Of a stretch of 64,000 nt of DNA, positions 57,501 through 64,000 are shown piece after piece. This stretch comes from Parcubacteria group bacterium. GTDB lineage: Bacteria > Patescibacteriota > Minisyncoccia > Moranbacterales > GCA-2747515. The notes under the pieces were generated by a model. That model was not told the origin of the DNA. It worked only from the letters and a program-made list of their open reading frames with translations, and made no database searches. The DNA lies in contig JBAZXC010000003.1 in assembly GCA_041660065.1 (NCBI GenBank), positions 1,495 to 65,494 on the forward strand. The letters are read 5' to 3'. The translations under genes and the position numbers were made by a program. Each line of letters begins with the position of its first letter. The first letter of the stretch is position 1.

Positions 57501-57618
57501 TGTCATTGCGGGGAATCCCGATGATAGTCAGGATTGACTGTGGCAATCTTCTTATGTTGTGAGCTAGTTGTAATGTTGTGAGATTGCTTCACTGCATTGC
57601 ATTTCGCTCGCAATGACA
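57501..57618. repeat. MITE-like element 1: 10-bp perfect terminal inverted repeats tgtcattgcg / cgcaatgaca with internal direct repeats (atgttgtgag x2)
   Basis: Seen directly. The internal palindrome gggaatccc is also present. Confidence 0.4.
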
Positions 57619-57680
57619 GAATTTTTATAGTTTTAATGAGAAGGGGTATATTTTGTTTAAATTGAAAAAAATCAATCAGT

Positions 57681-57844
57681 ATGTCATTCCCGCGGAGGCG
57701 GGAATCCATGGAAACTGTAAAGTTATCGGAAACCTGTGGATCCCCGGGTCAAGCCCGAGCCTGCCTGCCCTGCCTACCGGCAGGCAGGCGGTAGGCAGGG
57801 GCAGGGATGACAGGGGATAGATTCCCGCCTCCGCGGGAATGACA
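57681..57844. repeat. MITE-like element 2: 24-bp perfect terminal inverted repeats (gtcattcccgcggaggcgggaatc) flanking a strongly GC-rich palindromic core
   Basis: Arms at 57683-57706 and 57820-57843. The core is cctgcctgccctgcctaccggcaggcaggcggtaggcagg. GC content is far above the surrounding AT-rich DNA. Confidence 0.5.
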
Positions 57845-57958
57845 ATTGGGGATGGTAGGATATGAACTCTCTTAATAGTTGTCGGCATTGATTGATCGAT
57901 GACTATCGTAGTATAATAAGTAATAGAGAGAATAATCAAATAATAGCAATATGCGCAT

Positions 57959-58330
57959 ATGGCAAAAAAAATATTGATCATCGAGGACGAAGCATCACTT
58001 CGCATGGCGTTGGAAGAAAAATTTAATGGGGAAGGCTTTGCTGTCCTTACGGCGGATAATGGTGAGGATGGCTTGGTACTTGCACAACAACATATACCAG
58101 ATCTGATCCTCTTGGATATTATTTTGCCAAAAATGAACGGATTTGATGTGTTGAGCCGTTTGGCAAAGGATGATGCAACAAAAGAAATCGATGTTATGAT
58201 CCTGACAAATCTGAGTGAGACGGGCAAGGTGGGAGAGATCGTGCGCAAAGGCGTATCCGAATATCTCGTGAAAGCGGATTGGACTTTGGAAGAAATTTCT
58301 GAGAAAGTGAGAAACAAGTTGGCTGACTGA
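57959..58330 (+). CDS. single-domain response regulator (CheY-like receiver)
   Basis: 'KKILIIEDEASLRMALEE...DLILLDIILPKMNGFDVL...KADW'. Confidence 0.8.
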   Translation: MAKKILIIEDEASLRMALEEKFNGEGFAVLTADNGEDGLVLAQQHIPDLILLDIILPKMNGFDVLSRLAKDDATKEIDVMILTNLSETGKVGEIVRKGVSEYLVKADWTLEEISEKVRNKLAD

Positions 58331-58371
58331 AATAGTATATAAATTATGGGATAAATAAAAACGCGACTATA

Positions 58372-60675
58372 TTAGTCGCGTTTTTCGTTTTTGATTGGCA
58401 GAGTGAACCACACTGTTGTGCCGTGTTGTAGTTGTGAATAAAATCCAATCGTACCATCACACATGTCAATGATCGTTTTTGCGATGAATAGACCCAAGCC
58501 CGTGCCTTCGGAATATTGTGCCTGTACGTTTGATGCACGGTAGAAGCGTTCAAATATGCGCCCTTGCTCTTGCGGAGGAATGCCGATGCCGGTATCTGTA
58601 ATTGTCACACGAATGCGATCGGGAATCTCCTCTACGGTGAAAGAGATGAGGCCTTTCTCCGGTGTGTATTTGATCGCATTGGAGAAGATATTTACGATCA
58701 CTTGGCGGATAAGGATCGGGTCCATATCAACGAGGGGGAGATGTTCTGCATAATGTGTGGTGACGATGATGTCTTTGGATTTATAATGAACCTCCATCTC
58801 ATGAAAGATATCTGTGAGCAGATCGGTGATTTTTGATGGCGTTTTTTTGACTGTGACCCTGCCCATCTCGATGCGATTGATACTTAGGATGTCGCTGACC
58901 AAAAGTGCAAGGCGATTTGTGGATGCATAGGCTTCATCGAGAAACTTTTTTTGTTTGGCATTGAGATCGCCGGTTTTCTGTTCGCGCAGGAGCTCGATCA
59001 GCCACTTGATCGATGTGAGTGGTGTGCGCAATTGATGCGATACAAGTGAAACAAAAGTATCTTTGGCGATTTCCATTTCTTTTTCTCTCGTGATGTCTTT
59101 GCCGATACCGACAAAGAAGATGATATTGTGAAATTCATCAAATATCGGCGCAATAGAGAGTGCCACATGGTATTCTTTACCAAAGATCGTTTTGTTCTTT
59201 ATATTGCCGACAAAGGGCTCCTTTTTTGTTTTGATCGTGCGCCAGATGTCATCGTATTTTTGCTTGTCAGTTTGTCCGCCCCAAAAATGTGTAGCGGCAT
59301 CGGGAAGAGAAAAAATGTCATCATGCGATAAACCACTGATATTTTCTGCTGCAGTGTTGGCATAGACCATCTTGCCAAATATGTCGGTAATGATGATGAA
59401 GTCTGATGTACTGTCTGCTGCGCGTTTGAATTTTTCTAGATCATGTGCGAGCGCATCGGAGAGGGATCGAGATCTTTCCGTTTCTTTTAGTGCGCGAGTT
59501 GTCTCCTGAGTGCTTTCGTCGAGTCTTTGGGTCATGATGTTAAAGAATGTGGCAAGCTCGCCGATCTCATCTTTGGATGTGTAGGTAATCTTTTGAGAAA
59601 AGTCCCCGGAGGCAACAAGCGCAGATGTGCGCTTGAGTTCTTTGACGGGGCGGAGGACAAATCGATGTAGGAGAATATAAAAAATGATGATAAAAACAGC
59701 AAAAACGATGGCAATGGTCGCGAGTTCGATCATAAAAGCATTGCGGTTGGTAATGAGCATCGGAGTGATGTCATGTGCGACGATCACTGTGGCGATCGTT
59801 TCATCGTTTTCATTTTTGATCGGAAAACCCGCACATAAAAACTTTTTCTCATCGGCGGTGATTTCCCTGTAAAGCGAGCGATCTTGCACTAACGTGTCGA
59901 TCTCTATACCGGACACACATAATGTCGTGGCGCTGTCATGCGTCTTTGTTTCTGCCAAAAGCACGTAATTTGGACGATCATCCCATGTATCCGGCTGACC
60001 TTTCCGTTCGGCACTTGCGATGAAATCATCATGATCAAGGTGGGATTTTTTGCCATAAATCGCGAAATCGTCGCTGGTTTCATAGGCAAGTGTTTCCAAA
60101 AAATTGGTGATCTCACGACCGAGTTCGATATAGCCGATGAGTGTGTCGCCGTCATAATATGGCGTTACGATACGCAGAGCAAAGGAGTTTTTGCCGAGTT
60201 CCAGACTATTTTCCGTCTTGTGAGAAACAACAGACCGGAGAAAAGATTGACGCTGGATATGATCGTCGAATGTCTGTGGATCCTGCAAACGTAAAAAGAT
60301 TTTTTCATTTGGTGTGATGAAATTGAAATGCGTTACGCCGTAAGTGCCACGCGCCTCTGCAAAAAATGGTTGCATTTTTTGATACAGGAGGTCACGGTCG
60401 CCTGTGAGGAAAGCGTCTTTGATCTCTTGATTTGCAGTAAAAAAATATGCACCGAGAGAAAGCATTTGAATGTCTTGCGCGCGCAGATTTTCAAATTTCT
60501 TTTGTGTCTCGTCGGCATATGTGACGACTTGTTTTTGCGTCAATGTGCGGATATTGAGGATGCTGACATAATAGGAAACACACCCGATGCCAATCGCGAG
60601 AAAAAACAATACATATAAGAATTTTGTTTTGAGTTTCATTTCCTCTATTGTAATGCAAAAACATACTTTTTTCAA
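58372..60675 (-). CDS. sensor histidine kinase with an N-terminal TM/extracytoplasmic region and PAS-like domain(s)
   Basis: H-box 'VSLVSHQLRTPLTSI', N-box 'IFSNAIKYT', G-boxes 'TDTGIGIP' and 'GTGLGLFIAKTI'. Confidence 0.8.
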   Translation of the reverse strand: MKKVCFCITIEEMKLKTKFLYVLFFLAIGIGCVSYYVSILNIRTLTQKQVVTYADETQKKFENLRAQDIQMLSLGAYFFTANQEIKDAFLTGDRDLLYQKMQPFFAEARGTYGVTHFNFITPNEKIFLRLQDPQTFDDHIQRQSFLRSVVSHKTENSLELGKNSFALRIVTPYYDGDTLIGYIELGREITNFLETLAYETSDDFAIYGKKSHLDHDDFIASAERKGQPDTWDDRPNYVLLAETKTHDSATTLCVSGIEIDTLVQDRSLYREITADEKKFLCAGFPIKNENDETIATVIVAHDITPMLITNRNAFMIELATIAIVFAVFIIIFYILLHRFVLRPVKELKRTSALVASGDFSQKITYTSKDEIGELATFFNIMTQRLDESTQETTRALKETERSRSLSDALAHDLEKFKRAADSTSDFIIITDIFGKMVYANTAAENISGLSHDDIFSLPDAATHFWGGQTDKQKYDDIWRTIKTKKEPFVGNIKNKTIFGKEYHVALSIAPIFDEFHNIIFFVGIGKDITREKEMEIAKDTFVSLVSHQLRTPLTSIKWLIELLREQKTGDLNAKQKKFLDEAYASTNRLALLVSDILSINRIEMGRVTVKKTPSKITDLLTDIFHEMEVHYKSKDIIVTTHYAEHLPLVDMDPILIRQVIVNIFSNAIKYTPEKGLISFTVEEIPDRIRVTITDTGIGIPPQEQGRIFERFYRASNVQAQYSEGTGLGLFIAKTIIDMCDGTIGFYSQLQHGTTVWFTLPIKNEKRD

Positions 60676-60794
60676 TATTTATAAATCATTGCCAAATAAA
60701 AAATACTTTGCTAGGCTTGGGGCTAGTAACTTAAAATATGTTTGAAACGGCATGATCGAAAACTCTCGAATAAATAATCTGATGGAGGTGTTAT

Positions 60795-62063
60795 ATGGGT
60801 GAGGGCGTAGGACGGAGTGGCAGAAGCAGCGCATCGAGTAGTGGCAGTGAGGGTGGTATAAGAGCGACTTCAACGGGTGCTCGTGGTCTAATTGGCACTC
60901 GAGGTGCTTATACTGGCGGTGCAAGTGCCTGTGATAGAGAAGGCTGTGCAGAGGGACGGAGCTTTTCTGACTATGAAAAAATTGATCCACCTGTATTTCG
61001 AGACGATCAGCCGTCTGACATGCCAGTAAAAGAGTCTAGAGGGTATAAATTTTGTGCTGTGGCAACAGTCATCTATGAGGGCAACGAGGATCATCCAATG
61101 GTTGAGAGGTTGAGACAATTTCGCGATAACCGATTGATGATGTATCCACGGGGTCGGAAGTTTATCGATTTTTACTACAATGGCTTCGGCTTTCGGCTTG
61201 CATTGATTATGTGGAGATATTTTCCGCAGGTTTTGCCAATCGTCAGAAAATTGTTTGATCGGATCATTCCATCGTTGCCAACAAGTCTCATCACAGAGAA
61301 CAAAGAAATTCCAGCAGATGTTTTTACAATGGACTTTGTAAAATTTTGTTTGGTGTGTACTGATTTTTTACACAAAAAAGCAAAAGCACGCGAAGCAAAA
61401 TGTCTCTGTGTGGGACTCAGTGGCGGGATTGATTCGGCGTTGGTTGCAAAAATGTGCAAATTGACCGGCATGGAGGTAGTGGCGATCACCATATCTGGCG
61501 AGGGATTTATTCGCGAGCAAGATGTGTGTGATGCACAGACAGTGGCAACACATCTCGGCATTCGGCACATTGTGCTGGACATGACCGATCTTTTTGAAAA
61601 AGCTGTCATGTATAATCTGCCAAATCATGCGCACATTATCATGGGTTTGCGCAATACAGTGATCAAGGAAGTTGCTGAGAGTTTGGGAGGATTTTTGATC
61701 GGTACCAGCGTGAAAACGGAATTGTATAGTGGGCTTTTTTCTCCCAATTCAATGGCAGGCGCGACGCAACCATTGGAAAGTCTTTTCAAAACGCAGGTAT
61801 ATGCCCTTGCAGATTATCTCAACCTTCCAGATTGTGTCTTGAAAAAACCAAGTCACAGTGGTATCAATGGTGATGGCGATGATTCTTTCTTTGGACTGGG
61901 TTGTGCATTATTTGATTGGGTGGCATATCTTATAGAAAGAGAGTTATCTACAAAGGAGATTGCAAGTGAGACAGGTGTTGAGAAATGTGTTATCGATGCG
62001 ATAAAACGCCAAAAGAAACTCTCCGATGAACTGCTGAGTTTTCCTGAACTACATTTCAAATGA
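60795..62063 (+). CDS. nadE: NAD+ synthetase (NadE-like PP-loop amidotransferase, C-terminal about 245 aa) fused in frame to an about 178-aa N-terminal extension (Gly/Ser-rich segment plus a conserved-looking Cys-containing block)
   Basis: PP-loop 'CLCVGLSGGIDSALVAK' and NadE-like 'FLIGTSVKTELYSGLFSPNSMAGATQPLESLFKTQVYALADYLNLP'. Strong SD 'gatggaggtg' before the ATG at 60795. The N-terminal part reads 'GEGVGRSGRSSASSSGSEGG...FCAVATVIYEGNEDHPMVERLRQFRDNRL'. Confidence 0.6.
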   Translation: MGEGVGRSGRSSASSSGSEGGIRATSTGARGLIGTRGAYTGGASACDREGCAEGRSFSDYEKIDPPVFRDDQPSDMPVKESRGYKFCAVATVIYEGNEDHPMVERLRQFRDNRLMMYPRGRKFIDFYYNGFGFRLALIMWRYFPQVLPIVRKLFDRIIPSLPTSLITENKEIPADVFTMDFVKFCLVCTDFLHKKAKAREAKCLCVGLSGGIDSALVAKMCKLTGMEVVAITISGEGFIREQDVCDAQTVATHLGIRHIVLDMTDLFEKAVMYNLPNHAHIIMGLRNTVIKEVAESLGGFLIGTSVKTELYSGLFSPNSMAGATQPLESLFKTQVYALADYLNLPDCVLKKPSHSGINGDGDDSFFGLGCALFDWVAYLIERELSTKEIASETGVEKCVIDAIKRQKKLSDELLSFPELHFK

Positions 62064-62201
62064 TCACGGAACATATGGTCCGTCATGCTTCACAAGCAAG
62101 GCGGACTATTTTTTGTTAAATTTTAGGATAAATAAAAAAGGGAAGCACATTTTTTTGCCTCCCTGGTCAAAAGATTATTGTTCGAATTATTTGTTCAAAA
62201 T

Positions 62202-62528
62202 TCACACGTCTTTCTTTGTATGATCAAGACTTTTATTTTCAGCTCGTTTTTCAAGTCTAGCAGTTTTTATGTAGATATATGCGAGAAAGATAACTACTAG
62301 GACTGTGAGAAAATCATACAATCTCATGCACCACACCCAATTTCTCACTTTTGGAAAACTTATGTAAAGTATTCCGTAACAAATGGACAATAAACCATAC
62401 AGACTCATCAAAGGTATTGCGCTTAAGGCACATTCTCTGGCCTCGTTTTTGCAATTTTCAGGCGTAATTTTGCATTTGTCGCATAATTCGCCATACTCTT
62501 TCTCATGATTGCATTTATGATTTTTCAT
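62202..62528 (-). CDS. small zinc-ribbon plus TM protein (paralogue of 62766-63275)
   Basis: 'MKNHKCNHEKEYGELCDKCKI' followed by TM segments. Confidence 0.4.
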   Translation of the reverse strand: MKNHKCNHEKEYGELCDKCKITPENCKNEARECALSAIPLMSLYGLLSICYGILYISFPKVRNWVWCMRLYDFLTVLVVIFLAYIYIKTARLEKRAENKSLDHTKKDV

Positions 62529-62776
62529 TCTTCATCCTCTCCACTTTGATCAGTAAAAATTATGAAGCTTAGTGTAAGAGCTAGCAACAAAAAAATAAGG
62601 GATATCAATATGGAAAACATTTCTAGTCCCGGAGGATTTTCTGATGTGTCATACCAGATATCCGTCCCGTTCACTGCAGAACAAATGGTCATACAAAAAA
62701 TGATTATCCACAGACTGAAATACATACCTTTTGCATAATATTTTTTGGATCCTTGATTTGATTTTTTACTTTCCAC
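62525..62776 (-). CDS. small membrane protein
   Basis: 2 TM. Its start and end overlap the neighbouring genes by 4 and 11 nt, as in an operon. Confidence 0.35.
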   Translation of the reverse strand: MESKKSNQGSKKYYAKGMYFSLWIIIFCMTICSAVNGTDIWYDTSENPPGLEMFSILISLIFLLLALTLSFIIFTDQSGEDEE

Positions 62777-63275
62777 TTTTCACCCCCTCCGCTTTACGGA
62801 TGATATCGGCGTGATCCGGATATTTTTCCGCGAATCGCTTTTTGACCTCAAATTCTTTTTTGTGCTTCCATTTTTTTCCGCGACGAACGGATAGCGTGTG
62901 AAATACGATGGATAAAAAACCGAATAATAGAATAACTTTTGTTGTGTGGGGTGAACTGGGCGCCATGGCAAGTGTCACCATACAAATACAAAAGCAACTT
63001 AAGCCAAGAAAACTAAAAAGGCTTTTTCTCTCAGTAGAGATTTTTTCTTCAACAAAAAAATCTCTTTTGGCGTGTGCTTCTGCGAGTTTGGTTTGGCAAA
63101 CAATCCGCCCGATCGGCTCTATGCTATTGCATTCGGGACATTTTTCTCCGATCCGCATGCCACAATTTCGACAAAAGATCCCACATTCTCCCCGGTGATC
63201 GCATTCCAATGGTATGCCACATTGACTACAAAACTTCCCGTGTTCGTCTTCGTGCATGCATTTATTTGATCCCAT
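62766..63275 (-). CDS. zinc-ribbon plus TM protein (paralogue of 62202-62528)
   Basis: 'MGSNKCMHEDEHGKFCSQCGI...CRNCG...CPECNS', then TM segments. The start was set at the internal Met. Confidence 0.4.
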   Translation of the reverse strand: MGSNKCMHEDEHGKFCSQCGIPLECDHRGECGIFCRNCGMRIGEKCPECNSIEPIGRIVCQTKLAEAHAKRDFFVEEKISTERKSLFSFLGLSCFCICMVTLAMAPSSPHTTKVILLFGFLSIVFHTLSVRRGKKWKHKKEFEVKKRFAEKYPDHADIIRKAEGVKSGK

Positions 63276-63915
63276 TTTCTCCTCCTTCCGTATTTTGTGC
63301 CAGTCGAAACATTTCATCAAGGAATTGCGCATCTTTTAGAACTTTTTTGGCATACATCCTTCGTCCTGAAAGCGAGTTTGGATAGACAAAAAACAGACGT
63401 ACAACTATAGCCAAGAGTCCAAAGCCGACACTGATCACTGTTAGCAAGCTCTTCACTATGTTCCAAGGTGTAAAGATCGATCCTTCAGCACAGCCCATCA
63501 TTACAAAAGAAATGATCAATGCCATGGCTATGAGCTTGAGACTAAAAGTTACTTCAGCCCAAAAAATTTTTGTAAAGTCAACAGTTTCCGTCAGGTCGTA
63601 TGTTTGTAATCCTCCGCGACCAAAGTATTCATAAAATTCCATATCGAGAATGTCAGCAAATTTTTCTTTGCAATCTTTTACTATCCCATCAAACTGCTCC
63701 GAATTGCACACCCCATCATAACAACTAAAATATGTCAGTTTAGTATTTTCTTCAACGAGTGGCGTGATGGCTTTCTCAAAAGTGGTTCGTCCGCTCAGGA
63801 CATCTTCTACCAAAGGTCTTTCCTTTCTCCATTTAGTACCAATGCTTTTGATGGCATGTTGATGGAGATATTTTGGGAGAGATTTCACTTTTTGCAACAA
63901 TGTGAGTAATGACAT
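63262..63915 (-). CDS. hypothetical membrane protein
   Basis: TM segments in the C-terminal half. Confidence 0.35.
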   Translation of the reverse strand: MSLLTLLQKVKSLPKYLHQHAIKSIGTKWRKERPLVEDVLSGRTTFEKAITPLVEENTKLTYFSCYDGVCNSEQFDGIVKDCKEKFADILDMEFYEYFGRGGLQTYDLTETVDFTKIFWAEVTFSLKLIAMALIISFVMMGCAEGSIFTPWNIVKSLLTVISVGFGLLAIVVRLFFVYPNSLSGRRMYAKKVLKDAQFLDEMFRLAQNTEGGENGIK

Positions 63916-64000
63916 TTTTTGATCCTCCGTGAGAGTATTTTATTGTTAAACAACTTTCCGATTTTCAGCGACCGTGTAAATTATCACAGTAGTTTATAAA

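Noticed and set aside
57503-58317. Minus-strand ORFs 57503-57709 and 57676-58317 covering the GC-rich inverted-repeat element and the response-regulator gene
   Set aside because: They overlap a clear CheY-like receiver CDS on the other strand and run through palindromic GC-rich repeats. They are artefactual.
1-64000. CRISPR arrays, rRNA genes, IS transposases, alternative genetic code
   Set aside because: No regularly spaced direct repeats with unique spacers were seen; the only tandem repeats are the 45-bp coding repeat at 45353 and the 10-nt x3 repeat at 19591. No rRNA-like sequence or transposase motifs were seen. Long conserved genes read without in-frame TGA or TAG under the standard code, so recoding is unnecessary.

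Overview
This is an AT-rich bacterial window read with the standard genetic code; the long conserved genes (dnaG, rpoD, the 2262-aa ORF) contain no in-frame stops. It falls into three parts.

(1) Positions 1-3300 are a core dnaG (5'-truncated at the window edge) and rpoD operon, followed by a small hypothetical gene.

(2) Positions 3350-4216 are an unusual array upstream of a tRNA-Asn(GTT) gene. It holds tandem partial copies of the tRNA 5' half, one intact small GIY-YIG nuclease gene whose start and stop codons lie inside the tRNA-derived repeats, and a degraded second copy.

(3) Positions 4159 to about 31600 look like an accessory, mobile and defence region starting exactly at the tRNA-Asn 3' end.
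- Two large serine recombinases (4159-5760 and 16088-17608) bracket a module that carries an AAA_25/RepA-like ATPase, three tiny membrane proteins and a 2262-aa P-loop protein with a NACHT/STAND-like Walker A/B signature.
- The second module carries a tyrosine integrase with an excisionase-like gene, a C5-cytosine MTase, REase and Vsr operon, a Panacea (DUF4065) antitoxin with an overlapping RelE/Gp49-like toxin candidate, an OLD-family ATPase-TOPRIM nuclease and several unknowns.
- A 10+8 bp sequence pair in inverted orientation (17632-17653 and 31562-31585) may mark the ends of this second module.

From about 31.6 kb onward the genes look like ordinary chromosome: SRPBCC protein, P-loop kinase, lipoprotein, ornithine cyclodeaminase-family gene with a structured leader, rsgA, NUDIX, htpX, a TPM-domain protein next to pspA, purE, ABC-2 exporter, MarR and TrmB regulators, a two-component pair, and a nadE-like gene with an odd N-terminal extension. 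Two adjacent GC-rich MITE-like inverted-repeat elements sit at 57.5-57.85 kb.

No CRISPR array, rRNA or transposase was seen. The most interesting candidate for an undescribed system is the giant NACHT/STAND-like NTPase (9221-16009) with its small membrane-protein neighbours inside the recombinase-bounded element. All functional calls rest on motif recognition by eye, not database searches.
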